From NCBI GenBank assembly GCA_965233585.1, contig CBDDTI010000747.1, positions 160,001 to 224,000 of the forward strand: a stretch of DNA of 64,000 nt, read 5' to 3'. The notes under the pieces are model-generated. The model was not told the origin of the DNA and did not search any database. It saw nothing but the letters and a program-made list of their open reading frames with translations. The translations under genes were made by a program, and so were the position numbers. This stretch comes from a bacterium (GTDB lineage: Bacteria > SAR324 > NAC60-12). This document shows positions 9,875 through 19,052 of the stretch, piece by piece (within the stretch, counting starts at the first letter, position 1; each line of letters starts with the position of its first letter).

Positions 9875-10207
9875 TCAGGCAGGCACAACCATTTTATCAC
9901 TCATAAAATCTTCTAAGGTTTTGATGATGTCTTCGTTTGCCCCTTGACCTTGCAAAGTTTGTTTTAAAACTTGAAAATCAGCATGTCTAAAGCTGTATGC
10001 TGTTCGTTCCCTATTTTCTATGGCTTGTTTCATCAGCCCAATCAGCTTGTCTTCTTCATCTTTTGGCATAGGAACGTAGTCATCTCCATTTTCTATGGAT
10101 TCAATCAATTCTTTTTCTTCGTCGTCAAGATAAGGGAAGTCATCAGTTTCTCCCCTTAAATATCTTTGGTATTGTTCTCTGTTTTTTTCTGTATCACGAT
10201 GATTCAT
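9875..10207 (-). CDS. Putative antitoxin partner of the BrnT-like toxin
   Basis: Overlaps the toxin stop (ATGA). YLDDEEKELIESIENG resembles CopG-type antitoxin N-termini. Confidence 0.6.
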   Translation of the reverse strand: MNHRDTEKNREQYQRYLRGETDDFPYLDDEEKELIESIENGDDYVPMPKDEEDKLIGLMKQAIENRERTAYSFRHADFQVLKQTLQGQGANEDIIKTLEDFMSDKMVVPA

Positions 10208-10506
10208 AATGACCTTTTAACGTTATAGATTTTATTATATTTCCTACTTTGATAGATTGTTTTTAAAAAAATTTTTGACCCATCATATACAAACGGGACG
10301 CAATTAATGTAATTTTCAATGAGAATGATTAACATCTTTTGATTTTTATAATTTGGGTTATCTATGATGCCAATATATTCATTTTGTCTTATTAGATTGG
10401 CAACCATCTTAAAACTGATTCCTCTTTCTCTCTTGAGCCAGTCATTTTTTAGTTCATTCCATTCAATCGGTATTTCCCCTATATTTTCAACCTCTAAAAC
10501 TTTCAT
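10204..10506 (-). CDS. BrnT-family ribonuclease toxin
   Basis: EWNELKNDWLKRERGISF...NPNYKNQK...VPFV...IFLKTIYQSRK pattern. Confidence 0.8.
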   Translation of the reverse strand: MKVLEVENIGEIPIEWNELKNDWLKRERGISFKMVANLIRQNEYIGIIDNPNYKNQKMLIILIENYINCVPFVYDGSKIFLKTIYQSRKYNKIYNVKRSL

Positions 10507-10515
10507 TTTGCATTA

Positions 10516-10632
10516 GGCATTCAATCCATTCTTTTTCTTTGTTGTCCCCTTGCCCCGTCATTACGGACTTATTCCGCAATCTCACTTCAGTTTTTGAGAT
10601 TCCGTGTCAGGCACGGAATGACGAAAGGAGTT
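10516..10632. repeat. Intergenic palindromic A-B dimer with flanks, direct repeat of 9695-9825
   Basis: GGCAxTCAAT...TTCTTTTTCTTTGTT...CCCTTGxCCCGTCATT...GAGATTCCGTGTCAGGCACGGAATGAC. Confidence 0.9.
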
Positions 10633-10646
10633 TGCAGTTTGTTCCT

Positions 10647-11084
10647 TTAATTCAAAAAATCTTCTAAATACAAAATTTCTAAACCTTCAATCACTTTAAA
10701 TTGTTTATCATTTGTAACTATTGAAGAACAACCACTTTGTATTGCTGTTGCGATATGAATTGCATCAAAAAGTTTTATTTGATGTTCCGCTCTAATTTCT
10801 GATGACTTGATCAAGATTTCTGTATTTATTGGTTTACATTGGATGTAAGAATTAAAAAGTATCGCTTGCATATAAATCTCTTCTAATTTCTTATCTTTAT
10901 CTCGTTTTGGTTTGACCAAACATTCTGCAAGTGTCAATGAACTGGTAATCATTCCATTGACTCCAGTATCCAAATATTCAAGAAATTGATTTGCTAAATT
11001 TTCATATTTGCCTACTTCTTCAATCGCATATATGAATATGTTGGTATCAAAATATAGTAAATTACTAAAATAGTTGACTGTCAT
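10647..11084 (-). CDS. PIN-domain (VapC-like) toxin
   Basis: YFDTNIFIY, TLAECLV and DAIHIATA...VTND motifs. Confidence 0.9.
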   Translation of the reverse strand: MTVNYFSNLLYFDTNIFIYAIEEVGKYENLANQFLEYLDTGVNGMITSSLTLAECLVKPKRDKDKKLEEIYMQAILFNSYIQCKPINTEILIKSSEIRAEHQIKLFDAIHIATAIQSGCSSIVTNDKQFKVIEGLEILYLEDFLN

Positions 11085-11338
11085 TCACTTCTTAGATTGC
11101 GAATAAATGCATTCACTTCTTCAGTTGTTTCAAAACTCCTATGTTCTTTACCCATTCCCCACATACTTTTTAAATCAATATATTTCTTTTCTCTTGGCTG
11201 TATAGTTTGAGGCTCCAAAATGATTTTTCCATTTTCAGCTTTGGCTTCTAGGGTGTCTCCTTCACTAATTCCAATCTCTCTACGAACTGCAACAGGAATT
11301 GTAATTTGGCATTTTTGTTTGACTTTGACATAAGGCAT
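11081..11338 (-). CDS. AbrB/MazE/SpoVT-family antitoxin
   Basis: MPYVKVKQKCQITIPVAVRREIGISEGD; GGAG RBS; ATGA overlap with the PIN gene. Confidence 0.88.
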   Translation of the reverse strand: MPYVKVKQKCQITIPVAVRREIGISEGDTLEAKAENGKIILEPQTIQPREKKYIDLKSMWGMGKEHRSFETTEEVNAFIRNLRSE

Positions 11339-11613
11339 GGCATTCTCCAGTTTGATGATAGAGTTAAAAAGCAAGAATTTAACAGATGAGAGACTTCATT
11401 GTAAAGACTTTGTCCTTCCTCAAATTCAAAAATTCTCTTCAAATCAAAGCCTTGTTTTCTTCCTTTGGGGAATTTATTTTTGACTGGTTCTTTAAGCGAG
11501 GAACAAGAATTTTTTAGGGTTTCAGGAGATTTTTGATTTTTTTGGTAACTCTTTCCTAACAATCTGCTATCATACTCTGGAATCGTTTGAAGGTTTGAAA
11601 ATCAGTTGAAGGA

Positions 11614-12054
11614 ATGAACATGAAAATATCTTGGAAGCACCTCATCATCTTGGCAGTCATTGCCCAAAGCAACTTGTTGGCACATCCTCATGCAACTCTC
11701 ACACTTGAAGACTTTTGGGTCAGGTGGGTTCCCCCTGTGTCTAAAGTGACAGCGATTTTTGGAGAGATTCACAACCCAGATTTCAAAGATGATTTGTTGC
11801 AGGACGTGACGTGTGGAGTCAGCGAAAAAGCAGAACTCCATCTTTCTAAAAAAGAGGGAGGTGTTGCCAAAATGATTCGTCAAGAGACTTTAGAAGTCCC
11901 ACCAGAGTCTTCCTTACTCTTGAAAAAAGGGTCTTATCATATTATGCTGATGGGGTTAAAAAGAGAGCTAAGTCAGGGCGATGAAATCTCTTGCACTTTT
12001 TCTTTTGAAAGGGCAGGACTCATTGATTTAGACATTCCTGTCAAAAAGCAATAA
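11614..12054 (+). CDS. Copper chaperone PCu(A)C
   Basis: Signal peptide; WVR..PP, ELH...M and YHIMLMGL motifs. Confidence 0.88.
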   Translation: MNMKISWKHLIILAVIAQSNLLAHPHATLTLEDFWVRWVPPVSKVTAIFGEIHNPDFKDDLLQDVTCGVSEKAELHLSKKEGGVAKMIRQETLEVPPESSLLLKKGSYHIMLMGLKRELSQGDEISCTFSFERAGLIDLDIPVKKQ

Positions 12055-12223
12055 CCGATTTCTTCACATCAGTATCTCACTTTCCAAAATTGAATTTTCC
12101 AAGAACTTCCAAAGGCATTGTCAACGCATCTCAGATGAAAAAATTAAAAACAAGGTTTCATCAGTTTTTAAGTAGAGATAAGAGGCACTTGCGTTTTTTG
12201 AGTGCATTGAACCAGAATTAAGC

Positions 12224-14302
12224 ATGGCAAACTTATTCCAAAACATAGAACCACATCCACAAGCCCCGCTTGGTATTCACTGGCACGATGATGTCATCAC
12301 GTTGGGGATTTATGTCAAGAATGCCAAGACCGTTGAGTTTTTCTTTTATGACATTGCCTTTTGCACAGAACTGAAGCCCCAAGAACCTCTGGACTTCATT
12401 GTTTTAGAATCAGACTCAAATTTTGGTGAATTTTGGGGAGTTAGGGCGAAGTTGACACCTTCTACCTTCCGAAAGTTTGGCGTTGCCATCCGCATCTGGA
12501 TTCCTACCGAAGATGTCACAAAAGCCTTTTGGATTCTTGACCCTTACATGAGAGAAAGCATTGGCGGTCAATTTTGGGGGAATCCAAGATGTTTTGAGTT
12601 CACCAATGCCCATGCCAGAATGACGATTAAGCCTCATGTAGAACACCCTTCTCGCACCACACGTCGCCTGCAAGTCATTCGTCCTTCTCAATACAAACCT
12701 CGCCCTCTCAAACCTGACACCCCCAGAGAACGTACAGTCATTTATGAGTGCCATACTCGTGGCATCACCAAACACCCCTCTGCCCAATTTGCTAGTCCGC
12801 ACTCTGGCACATTTCGCGGCTTGACTGAATTGATTCCCCATCTGAAAGACTTGGGTATCACAGCGATTCAGTTGATGCCTGTTTTTGATTTTGATGAAAG
12901 TGAGAATCCTTTTTCTGCCCCAGATGGCAGCAAGCTGTACAATTTTTGGGGATATTCACCAATTAACTTTTTTGGGATTAAGCAGAATTATGCCTACGAC
13001 AAAGCACACCCATGCGACGAGTTTAAGTTCATGGTGGACTGCTTTCACTACGAACGAATAGAAGTGTATCTTGATGTAGTGTTTAATCACACGGCAGAAG
13101 GTGGAGCAGGAGGGGCGATAGATCATTTTAAGGTACTCAATCCAGACTGGTATCATTTTGACGAACAAGGGAATTTTCAAAATTATTCAGGGTGTGGAAA
13201 CTCTGTCAACGCTTCTCACCCAGCTGTCAGAACAATGATTGCTGATAGCTTGTCTTATTGGTCTAACGAGATGGGGGTAGATGGCTTTCGGTTTGATTTG
13301 GCTTGTGTTCTCAACAGAGACGAAGGAGGTCGTTTTGTAGAACGTTCGTCTTTCTTTCGTGCTTTGCAAGCAGACCCCAGATTGCAGGGAGTCAAACTGA
13401 TTGTAGAACCTTGGGACGCCGCAGGAGGCTACCAGCTTGGAGATTTTGCGTATCATGCAGATTGTATGGAATGGAATGGTCAATATCGCGATGCGGTGAG
13501 ATGTGCCATTCGTGGTGACCACGGTGTGTTGCAGAACATCAAAAATTGCTTATTGGGTAGCCCTCACATCTACCAATCTCCCCAGAAAGGTCAATCCTGT
13601 TCTGTCAACTTTGTCACTGCACACGATGGCATGACCTTGTGGGATTTGACTGTTTACAACACCAAGCACAATGAAGCTAATGGAGAAGACAACAGAGACG
13701 GTACAAACAATGATTATAGCCATAACTGCGGGGTAGAAGGAGAGACTGATGATGTGGAAATCAATCACCTGCGATTGAAAAAAATGCGAATGGCATACGC
13801 CTTGACTTTGATTTCGTCAGGGATTCCGATGTTCTTAGCAGGCGATGAGTTTGCAAGGACTCAGCAAGGCAACAACAACGCTTATGCACTAGACAATGAA
13901 ATCAGTTGGGTCAACTGGGATTTAAAAGCCAAAAATGAGAGTTTATTCCAGTTTGTGAAAAGTTGTATTGCTTTCAGGCAACTTTATCGCAACTTTTTTG
14001 ATGTCAGGCATGCCAAATATGAATGGTTTAATTCAGAAGGGAAAGAAGAAGATTTGGGGCATTACATCAGAACATTAGCCTTTCAACTTTCTAATGACAG
14101 GCAGGAATACCTCAAAAATCTCAAACTTTATGTCACCCTTAATTTTCACGAAGGAGAGGTTCAGTTCACCTTGCCCAAAGGAAACTGGCAACTTGTGTTA
14201 AATTCAGCACCTGACACACAAGAGTCATGCGAAAAAAGAATGCCTGCCAATCTGGTGTCTGTCCCTGCCTTTTCTCTTCAGGTTTTCAAACAGGAGTCTT
14301 GA
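12224..14302 (+). CDS. glgX: Glycogen debranching enzyme / isoamylase (GH13)
   Basis: NFWGYSP, DVVFNHT, DGFRFDLA, EPWD, NFVTAHDG, TQQGNNNAY. Confidence 0.92.
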   Translation: MANLFQNIEPHPQAPLGIHWHDDVITLGIYVKNAKTVEFFFYDIAFCTELKPQEPLDFIVLESDSNFGEFWGVRAKLTPSTFRKFGVAIRIWIPTEDVTKAFWILDPYMRESIGGQFWGNPRCFEFTNAHARMTIKPHVEHPSRTTRRLQVIRPSQYKPRPLKPDTPRERTVIYECHTRGITKHPSAQFASPHSGTFRGLTELIPHLKDLGITAIQLMPVFDFDESENPFSAPDGSKLYNFWGYSPINFFGIKQNYAYDKAHPCDEFKFMVDCFHYERIEVYLDVVFNHTAEGGAGGAIDHFKVLNPDWYHFDEQGNFQNYSGCGNSVNASHPAVRTMIADSLSYWSNEMGVDGFRFDLACVLNRDEGGRFVERSSFFRALQADPRLQGVKLIVEPWDAAGGYQLGDFAYHADCMEWNGQYRDAVRCAIRGDHGVLQNIKNCLLGSPHIYQSPQKGQSCSVNFVTAHDGMTLWDLTVYNTKHNEANGEDNRDGTNNDYSHNCGVEGETDDVEINHLRLKKMRMAYALTLISSGIPMFLAGDEFARTQQGNNNAYALDNEISWVNWDLKAKNESLFQFVKSCIAFRQLYRNFFDVRHAKYEWFNSEGKEEDLGHYIRTLAFQLSNDRQEYLKNLKLYVTLNFHEGEVQFTLPKGNWQLVLNSAPDTQESCEKRMPANLVSVPAFSLQVFKQES

Positions 14303-15367
14303 TCAAGTGAACGTTGATTGATTTGACGATTGAGCTGGATTGAAGAGACCTGCTGTTTCAGGAAAGCCGTGCATCAAGTTCAAATTTTGAACAGCTTGTC
14401 CACTTGCCCCTTTGAGCAAATTATCAATGGCAGTGACAACAATCAGATTCTGATTCTGCTCATCAGCACAAAATCCAATGCCACATCGGTTGGTGTGTTG
14501 CACCATCTTTAAACTTGGCAAGTTTCCATGTTCTGTCAAAAAAACAAAGGGGTTCTGTTCTGCAAACCTTTGAAACTTTTTAGAGACTGCCTCTGGTTGA
14601 ATGGGACTTTTAAATCGTAAGTAAATGGTGGACAAGATGCCTCTGTCAACAGGCAAAAGATGAGGTGTGAAAAGAACTTGACCTAAACGTCTGGACTGAT
14701 AGCTTCCAAATCTTTCCAACGCCTCTTGGATTTCAGGTTGATGTTGATGCTGGAAGACCTTATAAGCAGAGAAATTGTTGTAAACATTGATAAAGGAAAG
14801 ACTTGGGGATTCTGTGCGATTGCCTGCCCCAGATGCCCCAGATTTTGCGTCAATGATTGGAGGACTTGCAAGGTCTGAAAAGTAAGGAGCTAATGGAAGC
14901 AGTCCCAACAATGCCCCAGTGGGATAGCAACCGGGGTTCGCAACCAACGATGCACCTTTTAAATCGGAACGTGCATATTCTGACAACCCAAAGACTGCAC
15001 GTTCTAATAGTTCTGGTGCAGTGTGTTCCAACGCATAAAACTTTTCAAATTGCTTCACATTGCGCAAACGGAACACGCCTGAAAGGTCAATCAGTTGTTT
15101 GTTCTGCTTCAATAGCTTTGGCACAAGATTCAAACTGGCTTCATTTGGTACTGCTAAAAAGATGACATCACATGCTGAATAGTCTGTCTCGTGTGGTACA
15201 ACCTCGTAAGGAAGTCCTTGCAATGAAGGAATCACTTGTCCAATAGAACGTCCTGCATGTTGGTCTGAAGTGAGAATTTTGAGCTGAACGTGAGGGTGGG
15301 CATGCAAAATCTTTGTCAGCTCTAATCCTGACAAGCCTGTTGCTCCAATAATGCCAACATGAACCAT
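14303..15367 (-). CDS. argC: N-acetyl-gamma-glutamyl-phosphate reductase
   Basis: IIGATG, ANPGCYPT, SGASGAG, DNLLKGASGQAVQN. Confidence 0.95.
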   Translation of the reverse strand: MVHVGIIGATGLSGLELTKILHAHPHVQLKILTSDQHAGRSIGQVIPSLQGLPYEVVPHETDYSACDVIFLAVPNEASLNLVPKLLKQNKQLIDLSGVFRLRNVKQFEKFYALEHTAPELLERAVFGLSEYARSDLKGASLVANPGCYPTGALLGLLPLAPYFSDLASPPIIDAKSGASGAGNRTESPSLSFINVYNNFSAYKVFQHQHQPEIQEALERFGSYQSRRLGQVLFTPHLLPVDRGILSTIYLRFKSPIQPEAVSKKFQRFAEQNPFVFLTEHGNLPSLKMVQHTNRCGIGFCADEQNQNLIVVTAIDNLLKGASGQAVQNLNLMHGFPETAGLFNPAQSSNQSTFT

Positions 15368-15448
15368 ATCTTTTCATCTCCTAAAAAATCAAAAAATGTT
15401 TAAAGTAAAGGGTTTCTGCCCCTTTTTCAAGACCAATTTTTTCCTAAC

Positions 15449-16672
15449 ATGAAGATTTTATTAGTCAGTGCCAATTTCCCACCTGAGGTCAACGCCCCTG
15501 CCTCCCGTGGTTGGGAACACTCAAAGCGTTGGGTCAAGAGAGGTGAGTTTGTGGAGGTTTTGACCGCTGTGCCAAGTTACCCTGAAGGGAAAGTGTATGA
15601 GGGCTTTCAAAACCGATGGACTCACACTGAACAAGAAGGGGTAGCTGTGGCAAGAGTCCCTATCTATCCATCAGAAAACAAGGGGACGTTCAAACGCATT
15701 CTAGGCTACCTTTCATTTATGATGAGTGCCATCGTTCATTCTTTCAAGTTGCAAAACAAGCCTGACGTGGTGATTGCAACCTCTCCACAATTATTCACAG
15801 CAGTTGCAGGATATGTGATTGCTAAAAAATTCCGTGTCCCTTTTGTGTTAGAAATCAGGGATTTATGGCCTGAATCCATTGAGGCGGTTGGGGCAATGCT
15901 TTCTTTTGCTCTCAAATGCTTCTATCAACTGGCGTTCTTTTTATACAAACAGGCAGACCAAATTGTTGTTGTGACTCAATCTTTCAAAGGTGAGATTGCT
16001 GCTAAGGGCATTGATGAGTCCAAAATCCACGTGATTCCGAACGGTGCAGATTTGGAATTTTGGACACAACCAGAAGAAAAAGATTTACTGGCATCACTTT
16101 TTGAACAGTATCAGATTGATGAGGATCGCTGGATTGTTGCATACATTGGCACAATCGGCATGGCACACCGTGCAGACATTTTGTATGAAGTGGCAAAGCA
16201 AGACCCTCATCAAAAAACGCTTTACTTGGTTGTTGGGGCAGGAGCAGAGTTTGAAACTTTGCAACAGAAGCCGTCTTTGCCTAACTTCCGACTGATTCCC
16301 AAAATTTCCAAAACACAAGTGAGACAACTCTTGAAACAGATTGATGTGTGTTTCATTCATCTTAAAAAAACACCTCTTTTTGAAACGGTTATTCCCTCCA
16401 AAATCTTTGAAGCCATGGCTGTTGGCAAACCGATCATTTTAGGTGTCAAAGGAGAGGCACAAGAGCTATTGTTAGAATCAGGTGCGGGGATTTGTATTGA
16501 GCCAGAATCTGTGAAAGACCTCATTAGTGCTGTGCAAAAGATGAGGACTGATAAAGAGATGGTCAAACAATATGGCAAAAATGGTCAAGATTATGTTAGA
16601 AAACATTACAGCCGCGAACAACTAGCAGAACAGTATCGCTTGCTCCTTCATCACATCTTTTCAAAAAAATAA
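15449..16672 (+). CDS. Glycosyltransferase family 4 (WbuB-like)
   Basis: FPPEVNAPA, ATSPQLF, EIRDLWPESI, IPSKIFEAMA. Confidence 0.9.
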   Translation: MKILLVSANFPPEVNAPASRGWEHSKRWVKRGEFVEVLTAVPSYPEGKVYEGFQNRWTHTEQEGVAVARVPIYPSENKGTFKRILGYLSFMMSAIVHSFKLQNKPDVVIATSPQLFTAVAGYVIAKKFRVPFVLEIRDLWPESIEAVGAMLSFALKCFYQLAFFLYKQADQIVVVTQSFKGEIAAKGIDESKIHVIPNGADLEFWTQPEEKDLLASLFEQYQIDEDRWIVAYIGTIGMAHRADILYEVAKQDPHQKTLYLVVGAGAEFETLQQKPSLPNFRLIPKISKTQVRQLLKQIDVCFIHLKKTPLFETVIPSKIFEAMAVGKPIILGVKGEAQELLLESGAGICIEPESVKDLISAVQKMRTDKEMVKQYGKNGQDYVRKHYSREQLAEQYRLLLHHIFSKK

Positions 16673-16826
16673 AAAACATTTAAAAACAAAAAGAATCATT
16701 TGAAACAGCTGGATTGAAAAGTTTTTGAAGAAATGGTTCAAAAGTTGATGATTTTAAAAAAATTTTATGGCAACTGTGTTATCCTGATTGACTTTTAACA
16801 AAACAACATTGCAACATTGAGGATTT

Positions 16827-17189
16827 ATGAAAATTAACACGAACTTATCAGGACAGCCACTTTCCCAGACTTCAGAACGTGCCAACTCTCAATCTCCACT
16901 TTCTGCAGACCGTGTGAAGAAGATTAGGTCTGATTTTGAAAGTGAGAATCAAAGTTTACAGCAATCTTTAGGAAGTGAGGGCTTTCAAGCCACGCTTGTT
17001 GCAGTCTATGAAGGGACAGAACACATGGTCAACAAACCTTTGAGCGAGTTTGACATCGCCAGCTATTTGGAAACCATCAAAGACACTGCGCAATCATTGA
17101 GTGTACAGGGTGTTGGAATCAGTCAAATGCGTTCTACACTCATGCAACGTGCCAAAGATGAAGCATACCTTTTGTTGAAAAACATTTGA
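16827..17189 (+). CDS. Hypothetical protein (120 aa)
   Basis: RBS GAGGA and clean ORF; no recognised family. Confidence 0.6.
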   Translation: MKINTNLSGQPLSQTSERANSQSPLSADRVKKIRSDFESENQSLQQSLGSEGFQATLVAVYEGTEHMVNKPLSEFDIASYLETIKDTAQSLSVQGVGISQMRSTLMQRAKDEAYLLLKNI

Positions 17190-17263
17190 ATCCTTGAACA
17201 CTCTTTTTGCAAAAGGTTTGCAAAAACCCCGAAAAGTCATTGAGGAGTTGCCCCTGCGACTTC

Positions 17264-18037
17264 GGCAGTGTTTAGTTGGTATTGTCATTGCATGTGAGAG
17301 TGAATTTGAGGAATGGAAATGAGAAGTTGTCATCATTGTGGGAGTCAGACTTATATCAAGAATGGAAGTTACAAAGGGGTTCAGAGGTATCGTTGCAAGT
17401 CATGTCAGAGAGCATTCACCTCAAATGGTTTGAGAATCCCACTAGAGACCAAGCGTCAAGCCTTAGAGATGTATGTCAATAGTGTAGGCATCAGAAAGAT
17501 CGCTCGTTTTTTGCAGGTGTCTCCCGCTTCAATTGTCAACTGGATCAAAAAAGCTAGAGTGTCTCAACTTCCAAAAGACGCACCAAGTTTCCATGCACAA
17601 GTAGATAGTATAGAGATGGATGAGATCTACACTTTTGTTCAAAAAAAAAGCCAAAGAGTAGCTGTTTGGACAGCCTATTCTCGTCAAGAACAATGTGTGA
17701 TTGCCTTTGTGATAGGCAAAGGATTAGCAGCAGCAAAGCAGCTGTATGCACTAGTCAAAGCACAACGAGCTAGAATTGAAACGATTTATACAGATGCCAA
17801 CTCATGCTATCAAGTGGCATTTGCACAACTCCAAATTCCACAAAAGCATCAGATAGGCAAGGACAACACTCATCTCATTGAATCTTCTAATTCTTCCATC
17901 AGAGATAACCTAGCTCGCTTGATGAGAAAATCTAAACGACATTCCAAAACTTTTGACATGCTGGAACACTCTCTACAACTCTTCTTTGACTATAAAAGGT
18001 TTGAAAAATATCATGACAATATCAAGTGAACACTGCC
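17264..18037 (+). mobile_element. IS1-family insertion sequence, 774 bp
   Basis: 25-bp terminal IRs GGCAGTGTTyAsTTGrTATTGTCAT (3 mismatches). 9-bp target duplication TGCGACTTC at 17255-17263 and 18038-18046. Confidence 0.95.
17313..18029 (+). CDS. IS1-family transposase (InsA-InsB in a single frame)
   Basis: Zn ribbon CHHC...QRYRCKSC, HTH, EMDEIYTFVQKK, IYTD, IESSNSSIRDNLARL. Confidence 0.92.
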   Translation: MEMRSCHHCGSQTYIKNGSYKGVQRYRCKSCQRAFTSNGLRIPLETKRQALEMYVNSVGIRKIARFLQVSPASIVNWIKKARVSQLPKDAPSFHAQVDSIEMDEIYTFVQKKSQRVAVWTAYSRQEQCVIAFVIGKGLAAAKQLYALVKAQRARIETIYTDANSCYQVAFAQLQIPQKHQIGKDNTHLIESSNSSIRDNLARLMRKSKRHSKTFDMLEHSLQLFFDYKRFEKYHDNIK

Positions 18038-18224
18038 TGCGACTTCTCCTAAAAGAGTTTTTTCTAAAGCAACAAGTCATCAAATTGTTCAGTCAAAACG
18101 TAACTTCTTGCCTTCACTCCATCAATAATCTCTTTGGCAAAATGTTCTTTGCCAAACTTTCTTTTTAAAACTTTCAAGCGGCAGGCAACTTTGCCAAGTA
18201 ATCACTTTGCAAAGAAGTCTGTGA

Positions 18225-19052
18225 TTAGCCTTGTGAGGGCATTTGAAGTTTGAGATGTGTCAAAAAATCTCTGGTAGAATGGAGGGGATAGATTTGGGTG
18301 TGTCCGTGAGCTAGGCTGATTTCTGCATGGATTTGATAGACTTCTTTTAGCATGTCTTCATTCAAGACGTCTTCCACTTTGCCACGTTTGACAAGACGCC
18401 CTTGATGCAAAACAACAATTTCTTTGGCAAAACGCGAAGCAAGGTTGAGGTCGTGGATTGCCACTAAACAAGTGACTTGGTAGTCAGTCGTGAGAGATTC
18501 CAAGATGGCTAAAATCTCAAGCTGTCGTTGTAAATCCAGAGCAGAAGTAGGTTCGTCAAGTAGCAAGATTTTGGGAGTTCTGCAAATGGCTTGTGCCACA
18601 GCAACAAGTTGCTGCTGACCTCCGCTGATTTGTGAAATGTAGTTTTGGGAAAGGTTGCTGATGCCCAATGCCTCTAGGACATGTTCCACCATTTTTAAAT
18701 GGTCTTTCTCTGTTGTAGAAGTGGCAGAATTGGAAAGTTTACGTGCTAGTAAAATGGATTCAAAGACTGTCAGCATGGCATTTGATGAGCTGTCTTGGGG
18801 CATGTAGCAGATTTGCTTTGCCAGCTGTTTGGCGTTCAACTCACACAAGTCTTGCCCTGCAAAAAAGATTTGCCCTTTGCCTACTTTGTTCAATCCTGCA
18901 AGGCATTTTAAAAATGTAGATTTGCCTGAACCATTGGGACCAATGACGGCTGTCATGTTGGACAATCCTAATTGTTCAAGAGAGATGTCATCTAAAACTT
19001 TCTTTTTAGTTTTGGGATAAGTGAATGATAAGTTTTGAGTAGAAAAGTTCAT
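18225..19052 (-). CDS. Iron-siderophore/cobalamin ABC transporter ATP-binding protein
   Basis: GPNGSGKST, ISGGQQQ, LLLDEPTSALD, HDLNLA. Confidence 0.9.
   Translation of the reverse strand: MNFSTQNLSFTYPKTKKKVLDDISLEQLGLSNMTAVIGPNGSGKSTFLKCLAGLNKVGKGQIFFAGQDLCELNAKQLAKQICYMPQDSSSNAMLTVFESILLARKLSNSATSTTEKDHLKMVEHVLEALGISNLSQNYISQISGGQQQLVAVAQAICRTPKILLLDEPTSALDLQRQLEILAILESLTTDYQVTCLVAIHDLNLASRFAKEIVVLHQGRLVKRGKVEDVLNEDMLKEVYQIHAEISLAHGHTQIYPLHSTRDFLTHLKLQMPSQG

Noticed and set aside
9695..10632. Classical integron attC sites
   Set aside because: Ends are GTCATT...AATGAC, not RYYYAAC...GTTRRRY, and no integron integrase is in the window.
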